A stretch of DNA of 64,000 bases from Heptranchias perlo. Taxonomy: Eukaryota. A model generated the notes under the pieces. It worked only from the letters and a program-made list of their open reading frames with translations. It was not told where the DNA came from and searched no databases. Numbering within the stretch: position 1 is the first letter of the stretch; every line of letters starts with the position of its first letter. Shown piece after piece: positions 51,030-64,000 of this stretch. The DNA is taken from positions 5,890,001-5,954,000 of the forward strand of contig NC_090363.1 in NCBI RefSeq assembly GCF_035084215.1, written 5' to 3'. A program made the translations under genes and the position numbers.

Positions 51030-52840
51030 GACAGGTGAAGCTTGTGGTGTGTGCAACTTGTACCCTTTTGGAGGCCATGGATGTTCCTTGTGTCCTGAAT
51101 GACCATAGAGGGAGTGTTTCTGGCTTCTTGCACTCAAGCTTAATATTTCCTAGCTGATGAGGTTCTGACAACAATCCGTCATATAATGAAGTCTGAAGGG
51201 ATTCTGGAATGCACATTCCAGGAAATGGTCACCCCAGCAGGCAGAGCTATTTATGATGAAGGGTAGTGTAAAATGGTTGACCACCCATCAAGGTAAGTAA
51301 AGTAGACAAAGGACAGTTTTCGAATTCCCTGAGAGTGCTGAATTGACAGATATTCCCTACTGACTACTCAATGACCATAACTTGGAGGCAGGCAACCACA
51401 AGCAAACCGCTGCAAGGTGGAACAATTAGCTACCATAAGGGGAAGTGGAGTGGGAAAATAGTAGTAATAGGAAATTCGATAGTCAAGACAATAGATAGGA
51501 GATTTTCTAGCTTCTACCGGGAACACCGACTGGCGTGTTGCCTCTCACGTGTAATGGAATGAGTACAAAATATGTTGGACAGTAAGGGGAACTAGCTAGA
51601 AGTTGTGGTTCATATTGGAACCAGCGGTATAGGAATAAACAGAATTGAGAAATAGATTTTGAGGAGTTAGAAGATCATTTAAGGGTAGGATCTCCAGGAC
51701 AGTAATCTCAATATTACTCATAATGACGTGGTAGTCGGTGCAGAACCAGCAAGACAATGAAAGTAAATGCGTGGCTGGAGAGATGGTGTAGGAGGGAAGA
51801 GGTCAGATTCCTTAGTCATTATTCTCAGATTGGAACCGGACTAACCTGCACCAGAAAACAGCTCGGATCCATGTGCTCCATTCCACATTAACTAGTGCAG
51901 TGGGGGCGGGGGGGGGTGAGTTCAAACTAATATGGAAAGCAAATGGAAGAAACGAAATAGGGAAACATAAAGAGAACTGAAAAGGGCAAACAGTATAGCC
52001 AAGAAAAACAATAAAACCACGAAGAAAAGATCAGAAGGTGGGGATTTAAAAAGAGTAAAACCGCCCAACAAATGAGTTAGAATTGATCATTAATTCAAAA
52101 CAAAATTGAAGAGTTGGAAACATTGATCACGAAGAAGGTGTATGATGTAGTAGCTATAACGGATATGTGGAAATGGTTTGAACAATAACTTAACATTCCT
52201 GATTATAACATTTCCAAGAGTCATTGGAGATAGGCAATACATTTAGGAGGAAAATAAAGGAATACAAACTTAATGCAAACGTGCAGAACGGATTGGATGA
52301 AAATACAGTTGGGGATTCAAATACATAATTCCTTGAAATTACAAGGGGTGTGTTATGAAGGCATTAAAAGAATAGCATTTTGGGTTTTGTAATTAGGGGT
52401 CTAGATTTCAAGAGCAAAGGGGAAAAGTTTAAGTTGAACATGACAATGGTTAAGCTACATTTAGAATACCATTGCAGTTTTTGGTTCCTCTTTATGGAAA
52501 GAACATGTAGGTACAGAGAGTGTACAATATCTATGCAAGGATGATACCAGGGATAAGAAAGTATAGTTATGTAGAGAGAAGTGATGCGTTGGGACTATTT
52601 ACACTTGAACAAAAAAGGCTAAGAATAGATTTAATAGAGGTTTTAAAAATACATGGAGGGTATTGGTAGGGTAAATCAGAAAATATTATTTCCACTTGTT
52701 CTGGCGTCAGTGGTGATGGCTCATCAATTTAAAGTTGTCATCAAGAGAGTGAGGAAAGAGGTTAGGAACATTTTTTTGTGCAGAAAATTGTTGGAACATG
52801 ACGTGTTTTACCACAGGGAGCAGTAGATGCAGACACCACA
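51030..52840 (+). mobile_element. Ancient CR1 with ORF1 SGNH/GDSL esterase relic and a deleted ORF2
   Basis: IVVIGNSIVKTIDRRF...CCL (GDS-like block), gttcatattggaacc (HIGT), tatgatgtagtagctataac (EN start), ORF2 end at 52300-52840. Confidence 0.75.
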
Positions 52841-54361
52841 TTACTCACTGAAATTCTACATGGAACATTAGTTGGTACAGTCATTCTCGAATGGATGCCT
52901 GTATTCTCTTGGTGTGCAACTGATTGTTTGTAGACTTATGCAGGATTCTACTCGTCCAGTTCATTGTAAGTGTGCTGACCTCCCAGTTTCATATCCCTTA
53001 ATGACAGGAAGACATTTCCATTCATTTATCCTGTCGCTAACTTTTCGATTAACTTATTTTAAGTCATTCAGGATAGCCCAGAAATATATCATGTAACATA
53101 CATGTAGATTTTACATCATACTGATTGTCAGCTTTGTTTATTAGATGGTTGTTTGTAATTAGAGAATGAAAAGCAAGCAACAGTTAAAACCCTGTATTGT
53201 GTACTTATAACAATAACCATTACAATTTTGTAACAGCAGCCTAGCATTCTTGATCAGAATGATGTGACCTGTATATCTATGGGGTAGATTTTCAACTTGC
53301 CTCCTGGGCAATGGAAAGGATAATCCAGCAGGGTGTATAACAGGGAGCAGAGACAATACCCTGGCTAGTAGGGTACCCCAGAAACTGACCTGTTGTGTGT
53401 TTGCAACATTTTCTGATTTTGTTTCAGATTTGCATTTTTTCTTTGTGCTTATACAGTTATACATAACTTGGATTCAGTATTGATGCAATTACAGTACAGT
53501 TGCACTTTTGAAACCCTGCTGACGGTCAGTGTGGAACGAATTTGTTGCATTCAACACTATAAACTAGCCAGCATATTAAACTGTTATTATTTATTAATAT
53601 TATCCTATAAAGTATTTAGAAAAATACAAAGCCACAGAATGTAATTCATCTGATAACAATATGTCGTTGGTATTAATTAGCAAACCGGATTTATTTTATA
53701 TTGTAAATTAAGGAATTAAAAAGCCAATACTGAAACCTCAAACTGCAGTAGTTCTCAATAACAGGTTATAAAATAAAACTTCACAAACAACTTTATTCAG
53801 ATTCTCATTACTCTTTAAATTTCTGAGATATTTCATAGTTGCTATATTCCTCCCTGCAATTTTAGGTATACAGTCTAAATAGTTTGTTTTTATATTGTAT
53901 TCTTGAGACATACAGGAGATTCAGAATCTCTGCACTGTGCTGAAATTAGACTCATCACGGCGTTTCCTCTACTATCACATTCTTCTCCAAGTTTTCAAAA
54001 ATTGGAACAAAATAACTTCCTCCATCTACCATTCCCCCTGCAGTCTACTGGCTTTTAAAACTCAGCTTTGGCTTCATCTAATTATTACTTGATTTGCCTC
54101 ATCCTCTCCCCGGCTCTTTTCAACCTTGGTTTCTCATTTAGAAAGTTAGAATCAATTCAAAGCCTCGTACTGCCTGTCCCATGTCATTCGTTGTATTGGC
54201 TACAATGCAAGACAGAGGCGGGTGAGAGCTCACCGTCCAACCTACTATTTAACCTTTGTCGGGATTGTCTCTGGTCAGTGTTTCTAGGCGAATTGTAAGC
54301 ACCCTTTCAAAGAATTCCTTGAGGATTTGGGTAAAAATATTGAACTGAGGAACTCTTTATG

Positions 54362-54512
54362 AACGGTCCCTTTCACACATCACCCCTGTACTCACTGACC
54401 TACACTGGCTCCCGGTCCTGCAATGCCTCGATTTTAAAATTTTCACCCTTTGATTTTCAAATCCCTCCCTGAGACTGTAATCTCCTCCAGCCCGACAACC
54501 CTCCGATATCTC
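54362..54512 (+). mobile_element. L2-type fragment
   Basis: catcacccctgtactcactgacctacactggctccc; matches 14780-14905. Confidence 0.7.
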
Positions 54513-55390
54513 AGACATGGGTAATAAAAGCGACGCCCACATCCCAGGAATTAACTTTAAAAAGTACAGAAGGCTGAACTTATTGTATAATGAGTTTAGA
54601 CAGAGTTGAGCTCTCTCTCTCTCAGAGATTTTTTATTCCGGCCGTTAGTGAGTTCAATGCAAGGACACAATGTACACTGCTTGCAGACAAATTATAAATA
54701 GCGACGCTCATTCGAAAATAACTCACAGCCCCAATAGTACTCATCCTTCACAGACTCGATGTGACTGTGAGCTCAGTCACGTACGAGGTAAATTAACCGC
54801 ATGCAGACGTGTCTGTTTGCAAGGCCTGCAGATGTAAATAAGCTAACGCGCCACAAGTGAAATACGTGAGAATTTAAACATCAGCAACATTTCAGTTCTG
54901 TCAATTCGGTGGTGAACAGGTTTAAGGATAATCTGCCTTTACTGGACCTGCCCTACGGTTTGACCAATTATAAACGTAATACGAGATTCACGCTCTGCCT
55001 TTAAATTTAATTTCATATTTTTAGAGATCCTTTCACCAGCTTCTATACAGATACCGATTGTGTGACGCCATTGTATATGCATCAACGGATGGGAAATCGC
55101 TGGCGAAATATCCGTGATTTCCGTCAAGCAGCCCGCTGCAAATGACACCTGTCGGTGGTGCGGGAATTCGGAAAATTCCGCCTCAGGTCTTGGACGTGCG
55201 GTGTCTTGCGACAGATTATAAGGCGATTGTTGGGATGGCTGTGCATTGTACTGTTTAAGGGATGAAACAACAGTGTTAGTCCTGGCCCCTGGAGTTCTCC
55301 TGTGGCGGGGAAACAAAGGGATTCATTGTTAATATTGTTCACGTTAACTCGTGATCTTGCTTATTGGCGCATTGAGCCCACCGATGAAAG

Positions 55391-55714
55391 GGAGTAATTT
55401 TAACCTAACTCGCCTGGAAGCAAATCAACAGGATCAGACGGAACGCAAGTTTTACACCGCGTTCAATTGACTTCAATCATAGAATCGTAGAATTTTACAG
55501 CACAGAAGGAAGCCATTCGTCCCTTTGCGCCTGTGCCAGATCTTTGAAAGAACTGTCCCTTTTAATCCCACACCCCAGCTTTTTCCCAATTACCCGGCAA
55601 ATTAATCCTCTTGAAGTAAATGTCCAGTGGAGAGTAAAATCCGGCGGGTGTAAATCCAGCGTTGCACCCGATCCCGTCAGTTTCCCGACGGGTGGGTTAG
55701 ATTAAAATTGCTCC
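55391..55714. mobile_element. MITE-like palindrome (family of 17325-17507) with a CR1 3' tail inserted at its centre (~55477-55625, minus strand)
   Basis: ggagtaattttaa / ttaaaattgctcc ends; the insert begins right after attgacttcaat. Confidence 0.75.
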
Positions 55715-56880
55715 AAATCCATCAAGAGAGCTCAACCATAGATGTGCTAAATTCATTGTACACCAAGTTCAGTTTGCCTCCACTACAGCGTACGAAAACT
55801 TGATCCAGATTCCCGTTAAGCGGATACAGCTTGGAAATCAAAACCATTCATTTATTGTTAACTTGTTTCCCCATTAATTGGTGACCTCGTTAGTTGGGCC
55901 GAAGTCCGTCAGGCAGTGAAACATTTACAAGTACAAGCAATCGAACAAGACTGCTCTCAGTCTCCAACGTATGCCCCAATACAAAGTGCCTGAGTTAATC
56001 TGTTTAAAGCCGCCATCCTTGATATTTGCAGCAGATGGTTAACAAACTTTACCATCACAAAAGCACAGGCTACTGTTCCCGCACTTGCTGGTCAGCCTTA
56101 ATTTTTACACACGGTGCTAACTTTTGTTATGACTGAGGGAAATATTGTCGTGGCTCATCAGTTTAGGTGTGCTGCTTATCACACATGATGAAAAAATGCC
56201 CAATATTGTGTTTAATACTGCTCAGGGTCACTGATTGAACTGATTTCTGCATTAACGATCCCATTTCATTAATGTGGAGCTATACAATTAAAGACAACTC
56301 GAAAATAGGCTATCCCTTTTCAACTGTTGAATGTTTTCCTTAATGTTCAGCTCAATAAGCACTGGACTGAAAGTTTAAGGGGAATAGGAAAAGTTTCTCC
56401 TATTCTGTGCACCCAATGTCAAAAATTAAGAAGTGCCAATTTGTTGAAGCACAGAATACCTGAACGGTGAACGCCCCTCCGTTCTACCTAAACAATGGAC
56501 CTTAACCCAATTGCAGGAAATCATCCTCAGATGTTCCTGTACACAACATCTATCGCTGTGGTCTTCCTGATTATCAATGACGCCATGTTGCTAAACTGTG
56601 CTGCACTTAAACTCTATGTCATGTAGTAAACTCCTGTTCTACGAATTAATTAACTGATATGACTCGAAAAAAGACGGCTTTTATTTCATTGACTCGTCCG
56701 ATGGAATGACCCAAATCACTCCATCAGACGAGTTAATGAAAGGAAAGCAGACATTGTAACTCGTTGCACTGCCGATTCTTCCCACAATAAGATGCATAAA
56801 GTCGAATTACAATGATCTTTCAGCACAGGTACCTGAACACGTGACATTTATTTTTCATTATAGTTGAACAACTAGTCCAG

Positions 56881-57902
56881 TCGGACTGGAGGGAAGTGTA
56901 CAGTGATGTTCCCCAGGGGTCGGTGCTGGGACCACTGCTTTTCTTGATATACATTAATGACTTGGATGTACAGGGCACAACTGCAAAATTTGCAGATGAC
57001 ACAAAACTTGGAAGGATAGTAAACAGTGAGGAGAATAGTGACAGACTTCAAGAGGATATAGATAGACTGGTGGTATGGGCCGACACGTGGCAGATGAAAT
57101 TTAACACAGAAAAATGCGAAGTGATACATTTCCGTAGGAAGAACGAGGAGAAGCAATATAAACTAGAGGGCACAACTCTAAAGGGGTACAGGAACAGAGA
57201 GATCTGGGGATATATGTGCACAAATCATTGAAGATGGTAGGGCAGGTTGAGAAAGTGGTTAAAAAAGCATACGGGATCCTGGGCTTTATAAATAGAGGCA
57301 CAGAGTACAAAGTAATGAAGAAACTTTATAAAACACTAGTTCGGCCACAACTGGAGTATTGTGTGCAGTTCTGGGCACCAAAATTTAGGAAAGATGTGAA
57401 GGCCTTATAGAGGTTGTAGAAGAGATTTACTAGAATGATTCCAGGGATGCAGAACTTTAGTTACATGGATAGACTGGAGAAGCTGGGATTGTTCACCTTG
57501 GAACAGAGAAGGTTACAAGGAGCTTTGATAGAGGTATTCAAAATCATGAAGGGTCTGGACAGAGTAGATAGAGAGAAACTGTTCCCATTGGTGGAAGGGA
57601 CAAGAACCAGAGGACATAGATTTAAGGTGATTGGCAAAAGAATCAAAGGTGACATGAGGAGAAACTTTTTACATAGCGAGTAGTTAGGATCTGGAATGCA
57701 CTGCCCATGGGCATGGTGGAGGCAGTTTCAATCATGGCCTTCAAAAGGGAATTGGATAAGTACTTGAAAGGAAAAAATTGCAGGACTACGGGGATAGGGA
57801 AGGGGAGTGGGGCTAGCTGGATTGCTCTTGCATAAAGCCGGCGCAGACGTGATGGGCCAAATGGCCTCCTTCCTTGCTGTAACCTTTCTATGATTCTATG
57901 AT
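56881..57902 (+). mobile_element. CR1 RT and 3' end
   Basis: VPQGSVLGPLLF...FADDTKLG; EYCVQFWAP; tail ttctatgattctatga. Confidence 0.94.
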
Positions 57903-58229
57903 CAAATGGGTGACAGTATTGGGGAAATATCAAAATATCTTATTACTTTAGATGTAGTTGCAGATTCTTTCACCCTGTAAATATATTCATCGAAACTACT
58001 TCAGATTTCTGAAATTTAGGATGCATATTGAGGCTAGAGGGGCAAAACTTGACAATAACTAGGCAATCTCCCTCAAAAAGACAAAAAGTTGGGTTGTGCA
58101 GGTAATGGAGACATTAACATTTTTAGCTTGTGCGTTAGCCAACCATTGAATTTTCCCCAATTCATTTAAATGACAGGAACTCGCAGGCTGGCTAATGCAA
58201 AAGTGGAAACTGGCAATGTCTGCCAAACA

Positions 58230-60626
58230 ACTAATGTCCTTTAGGGAAGGAAACCTGCCATCCTTACCCGGTCTGGCCTATATGTGACTCCAGACCCATA
58301 GCAATGCCCTCTGAAATGGCCTAGCAAGCCACACAGTTGTAAAATCTCGCTAAAAAAAAAGTCACAATAAGAATAAAACCGGACGGACCACCCGGCATCG
58401 GACCACTGGGCACTGGACACGACAAAGGCAAACCAAACCCAGTCGACCCTGCAAAGTCCTCCTCACTAACATCTGGGGACTTGTGCCAAAATTGGGAGAG
58501 CTGTCCCACAGACCAGTCAAGCAACAGCCTGACATAGCCATACTCACAGAATCATACCTTTCAGCCAATGTCCCAGACTCTTCCATTACCATCCCTGGGT
58601 TTGTCCTGTCCCACCGGCAGGACAGACCTACCAGAGGTGGCGGTACAGTGATATACAGTCAGGAGGGAGTGGTCCTGGGAGTCCTCAACATTGATTCTGG
58701 ACCCCATGAAATCTCATGGCATCAGGTCAAACATGGGCAAGGAAACCTCCTGCTGATTACCACCTACCGGCCTCCCTCAGCTGATGAATCAGTCCTCCTC
58801 CATGTTGAGCACCACTTGGAGGAAGCACTGAGGGTAGCAAGGGCACAGTATGTACTCTGGGTGGGGGACTTCAATGTCCATCACCAAGAGTGGCTCGGTA
58901 GCACCACTACTGACCGAGCTGGCCGAGTCCTAAAGGATATAGCTGCTAGATTGGGCCTGCGGCAGGTGGTGAGTGAACCAACACGAGAGCAAACTTACTT
59001 GACCTCGTCCTCACCAATCTACCTGTCGCAAATGCATCTGTCCATGACAGTATTGGTAGGAGTGACCACCGCACAGTCCTGTGGAGATGAAGTACCGTCT
59101 TCGCACTGAGGACACCATCCAACGTGTTGTGTGGCACTATCACCGTGCTTAATGGGATAGATTCAGAACAGATCTAGCAGCTCAAAACTGGGCATCCATG
59201 AGGCGCTGTGGGCCAGCAGCAGCAGCAGAATTGTATTCCAGCACAATATGTAACCTCATGCATGGCCCGGCATATTCCTCACTCTATCATTACCAACAAG
59301 CCAGGGGATCAGCCCTGGTTCAATGAGGAGTGCAGAAGAGCATGCCAGGAACAGCACCAGGCGTACCTAAAAATGAGGTGCCAACCTGGTGAAGCTACAA
59401 CTTGGGACTACATGCATGCTAAACAGCGGAAGCAACATACTATAGACAGGGCTAAGCGATTCCACAACCAACGGATCAGATCAAAGCTCTGCAGTCCTGC
59501 CACATCCAGTCGTGAATGGTGGTGGACAATTAAACAACTAACGGGAGGAGGAGGCTCTGTAAACATCCCCATCCTCAATGATGGCGGAGTCCAGGACAAG
59601 GCTGAAGCGTTTGCAACCATCTTCAGCCAGAAGTGCCGAATGGATGATCCATCTCGGCCTCCTCCCGATATCCCCACCATCACAGAAGCCAGTCTTCAGC
59701 CAATTCGATTCACTCCACGTGATATCAAGAAACGGCTGAGTGCACTGGATACAGCAAAGGCTATGGGCCCCGACAACATCCCGGCTGTAGTGCTGAAGAC
59801 TTGTTCTCCAGAACTAGCTGCGCCTCTAGCCAAGCTGTTCCAGTACAGCTACAACACTGGCATCTACCCGACAATGTGGAAAATTGCCCAGGTATGTCCT
59901 GTCCACAAAAAGCAGAACAAGTCCAATCCGGCCAATTACCGCCCCATCAGTCTACTCTCAATCATCAGCAAAGTGATGGAAGGTGTCGTCGACAGTGCTA
60001 TCAAGCGGCACTTACTCACCAATAACCTGCTCACCGATGCTCAGTTTGGGTTCCGTCAGGACCACTCGGCTCCAGACCTCATTACAGCCTTGGTCCAAAC
60101 ATGGACAAAAGAGCTGAATTCCAGAGGTGAGGTGAGAGTGACTGCTCCAACAACACTCAAGAAGCACGACACCATCCAGGACAAAGCTGCCCGCTTGATT
60201 GGCACCCCATCCACCACCCTAAACATTCACTCCCTGCACCACCGGCGCACAGTAGCTGCAGTGTGTACCATCCACAGGATGCACTGCAGCAACTCACCAA
60301 GGCTTCTTCAACGGCACCTCCTAAACCCGCGACCTCTACCACCTAGAAGGACAAGAGCAGCAAGTACATGGGAACAACACCACCTGCACGTTCCCCTCCA
60401 AGTCACACACCATCCCGACTTGGAAATATATCGCCGTTCCTTCATCGTCGCTGGGTCAAAATCCTGGAACTCCCTTCCTAACAGCATTGTGGGAGAACCT
60501 TCGCCGCACAGACTGCAGCGGTTCAAGAAGACGGCTCACCACCATCTTCTCAAGGGCAATTAGGGATGAGCAATAAATGCCAGCCTTGCCAGCGACGCCC
60601 ACATCCCATGAACGAATAAAAAAAAA
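58230..60626 (+). mobile_element. Non-LTR retrotransposon: APE endonuclease and RT with the RT core deleted
   Basis: PDIAILTESYL, VGDFNVHH, AMGPDNIP, NYRPISLLS, AQFGFR; jumps from EVRVTA to PTTLKK; poly-A tail. Confidence 0.93.
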
Positions 60627-61329
60627 TCCACATATATAAAAAAGTAAACATCACAGATGCAGAAAGCCGACCAACAATGTGTTCTGATGAAGGATGTACA
60701 GCCCAAATGTCAAACCACCTTCTCTCCCTTGGACATCAACAGTCCCACCCCTTAGTGCCCTCTACGGTAAAGGAAATGGAAGATAAAGCTAAGTTATAAA
60801 GTTACTCCAGTCATTGTTCAGACATCACAGTTGAAAATGGGATATTATTAATTGAGCTTGTATTGACAGGTTTGAAAAGTACAGGACGCCAGAGGCGGAG
60901 TGCTAAACCTTGGGGAGTTAAAGCAGAGAATGTCAGGGTACTCAGGATCATGTTTGAAAACAGAACAGAAATTATTGGAAAAGTAGTGGCCTAATCTCCA
61001 TTTGCACTCCCCAGTTTAGAGGAGAGAACAGGAGGCCGATCTGATATCGCCCGTTTTACACTATCGCCGAAAGTTAAAATTACTCTTGACTGCCTGTGTA
61101 CAACGTCATGGGAGATCTATTAAATATTAAATGCCTTGTATATGTATGGACATCCTGACCATCTAAAGCTTACTTTCTTTAACACTCCAGCTGCTTTTAT
61201 GTCGCATTTCAATTTTCCTATCCATCTTACTAATATATGATTCAAACTAGGTAGCACTCTGTTTATTATACCCGAGTGATTCATGTCACTTGGTTCGCCG
61301 AGCCATCATTCCAATTCCTTTTGGCCGCT

Positions 61330-61890
61330 TCAAACCTGGAGTATTGTGTGCCGTTTTGGTCTCCTTACCTAAGGAAGTATATACTTGCTTTAGTGGCGAT
61401 GCAATGAAGGTTCACTGGGTTGATTCCTGGGATGAGAGGGTTGTCCTATGAGGAGAGATTGAGCAGAATGGGCCTATACTCTCTGGAGTTTAGAAGATTA
61501 AGAGGTGATCTCGTTGAAACGTATAAGATTCTAAGAGGGCTTGACAGGGTAGATGCTGAGAGGATGTTTCCCCTGACTGGAGAGTCTAGAACTAGTGGAC
61601 ATAATCTCAGGATAAGAGGTCGGACATTTAGTACTGAGATGAGGAGGAATTTCTTCACTCAGAGGGTCGTGAATATTTGGAATTCTCTACCCCTGAGAGC
61701 TATGGATGCTCATTCATTGAGTATATTCAAGGTTGAGATCAATAGGTTTTTGGACTGTAATGGAATTAAAGGATATGTGGATCAGGCAGGAAAGTTGAGT
61801 TGAGGTCAAAGATCAGCCATAATCTTATTGAATGGCGGAGAAGGCTCGAGGGGCCGTATGGACTATTCCTGCTCCTATTTCTTATGTTCA
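61330..61890 (+). mobile_element. CR1 3' fragment
   Basis: GLYSLEFRRLRGDLVETYK. Confidence 0.92.
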
Positions 61891-62221
61891 GCATTTTTAC
61901 TAGCTCTTCCAGTACCCCCATTCCCAATGCTAGGCTCCTTGCCACTGCCTAATCCTACTGGTACCGCCGCTTGCCTGCCCCTTTCAAATGTGAGTCCTCG
62001 AGGTGCTGCCCAATGTCTTCTGTTGCCACTATCTGTCCCCAGATTTCGGGCCTTGGGGACCTCGTTCTGCCACTGATGCCACTGCCACCTGTCCCATATC
62101 CATATTGGTCTTCTGCCCTTTTTTATCCAGCCTTGGACCGCGGGCCACCTACCCCTGACTGCCGCAAATGAGCCAGCCGCATCTGACCGATTTTATAACT
62201 CATCATGAATATCATTAGGAT

Positions 62222-62404
62222 AATTGTAAACAATTTTACAACACCAAGTTATAGTCCAGCAATTTTATTTTAAATTCACAAGCTTTCGGAGACTTCCTCC
62301 TTCCGAAAGCTTGTGAATTTAAAATAAAATTGCTGGACTATAACTTGGTGTTGTAAAATTGTTTACAATTGTCAACCCCAGTCCATCACCGGCATCTCCA
62401 CATC
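62222..62404 (-). mobile_element. Second copy of the hairpin element, with a 12-bp TSD
   Basis: 69-bp perfect inverted repeat 62222-62290/62302-62370; atcattaggata at 62211-62222 and 62405-62416. Confidence 0.85.
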
Positions 62405-62769
62405 ATCATTAGGATAGACTAGCTAGGAAGGTCACTACACAACATGCTGCGAGTTTCACTTTTCCAAGATTACTTCTCTACAATGCCTGAATTCATGATT
62501 TAGGAAGCTAGGGTTTAGCTTTCTATCAATCAATTATACAAGAAGGAACTATTATTTATACAGCATTGTCCCTCACACATGTTCCAAAGTTCTTCAGGTA
62601 CAAGATTAGATTCTGAAGCTGTTGTTATTGGTCAAACAAAGCAGTCATTTTACATACAGAAAGATCCCACAAACAACAAACAACAATGAGTTGAATGATA
62701 AGTTTTCATTAGAGGACGGATTGCCAGCCAGCACATGGAAGGACTCTCTGCTCTTCTTCCAATAACAAA

Positions 62770-63125
62770 ATCCAACAACAACTTGCATTTATATAGCTCC
62801 TTTAACGTAGTAAAACATCCCAAGCCACATAAGGAGATATTAGGACCAGTAACCAAAAGCTTGGTGAAAGAGGTAGGTCTTAAGGAGTGTCTTAAGGGAG
62901 GAGAGAGAGGTAGAGAGGCGGAGAGGTTTAGGGAGGGAATTCCAGAGCTTAGGGCCCAGGCAGCTGAAGGCACGGCCGCCAATGGTGGAGCGATTAAAAT
63001 CGGGGATGTGCAAGAGGCCAGAATTAGAGGAAAGCAGAGTTGTAAGGTTGGAGGGGTTACAGCGATAGGGAGAGTGTGAGGCCATGGAGGGATTTCAACA
63101 CCAGGATGAGAATTTTAAATTCGAG
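62770..63125 (-). mobile_element. L2-type LINE 3' end (a Deu-SINE remnant adjoins at ~62650-62760)
   Basis: STIGGRAFSCLGPKLWNSLP...LKTYLFHQAF; tail atataaatgcaagttgttg. Confidence 0.82.
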
Positions 63126-64000
63126 GGGTGCTATTTACGTCTCATCAGAAGTTGGGCACCTGCAACAACGTATTTTCTTACATTTCCGACGCCAGCCATT
63201 CTATATGAACTAGATTGCCAGTTCACTGCCAATTACTAACCTTGGGGCTTTTCAGTGATGTTCACCTACTTGGCTCGGATTATTATGAACTCCAACTATC
63301 CAGAGCAAAACAGAGGAGACTTACCTCCCATCGGTTTAGACAGCATTTGAACAGGGTTCCCAAAGGTGCAAACAGAGTGTTGCAATCCAATATGCCATCC
63401 AGACTTATGCCACTGAACTAGCAATACTGCACCCAGTACTCTAACTGTTTCTTAACCAATGTCCTATGTAAATATATTACAGATTTTTATTCAGTCTATG
63501 AGGGTAAAACCCCAGAATCAAACATTGGTTTAATGTCCTATTTACACCTCTAGCTTTTAAAAGTAAACTGTTCATCTGTGTTCTTAGATCGCTCTGGACC
63601 TCTATAGCGCCTCTGAGAACAGTAGCGTTCTTATATTGTCTATGTTTTGTTTCCAAAAATGATCTACATCATATTGGTCTAAATTGACACGTGTTTCCCT
63701 CTCTCCTCTCGCAATCTCCTGCATTCTTCTTCACAATTTGTGGTCACCTAATTTGATAGAATCAGCATTTCTTTTACAGAAGATAAAGTTTCAATCAATA
63801 GGGTAACAAATTGATTGTTGAATTTCCCCGGAGGTTCCCGAACTCCCTCTGTAACTTCGACGGAAGATCGAGCGAAATGTTTTTTTCTGGGATTTCCACC
63901 CAACCTCGGAAATACACAACAGGGCGCATTGTTTTTTTCCGTTTCCCACATCAGTCATTTTAAGGCTGCATTTCATTATGATTGTCAATTTGGTGTTGCT

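Noticed and set aside
60681-60730. Additional hammerhead (ctgatgaagg...cccaaatgtc)
   Set aside because: The GAAA core is mutated; at most a decayed PLE terminal relic.
63320-63480. Exon-like segment with a gtaag donor on the minus strand
   Set aside because: The sequence resembles decayed CR1 ORF2 (acattggttaag...gagtactgggtgcag) and contains stops.
63748-63988. Short minus-strand ORFs at the window end as the last exon of an upstream gene
   Set aside because: No homology or motif and a weak acceptor; cannot be supported without the next window.

Overview
Eukaryotic, intron-rich and repeat-dense DNA, most likely from a cartilaginous fish (inferred from the repeat families: CR1 LINEs with [GATTCTAT]n-type tails, Deu-domain SINEs, Penelope-like elements). 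The genic content is a tandem, minus-strand cluster of three immunoglobulin-superfamily receptor genes. Each has a short phase-1 leader exon and one germline-joined V+J-type Ig exon resembling NKp30/NCR3. Gene A: leader 4473-4533, V 541-867, continuing off the left edge. Gene B: leader 26490-26547, V 22741-~23094, TM 21879-21998. Gene C: leader 42447-42504, V 38273-38614, TM 36520-36648. A decayed extra V exon lies in a gene C intron. The two visible TM exons have a stalk cysteine and no charged residue in the hydrophobic core; cytoplasmic exons can only be guessed. The rest is mostly CR1, L2 and other LINE fragments, SINEs, palindromic MITE-like elements, and two young hairpin insertions with target-site duplications, one carrying a minimal hammerhead-ribozyme motif. 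Nearly all other ORFs in the track are LINE fragments or chance ORFs. Exon boundaries were read by hand; repeat boundaries are approximate.
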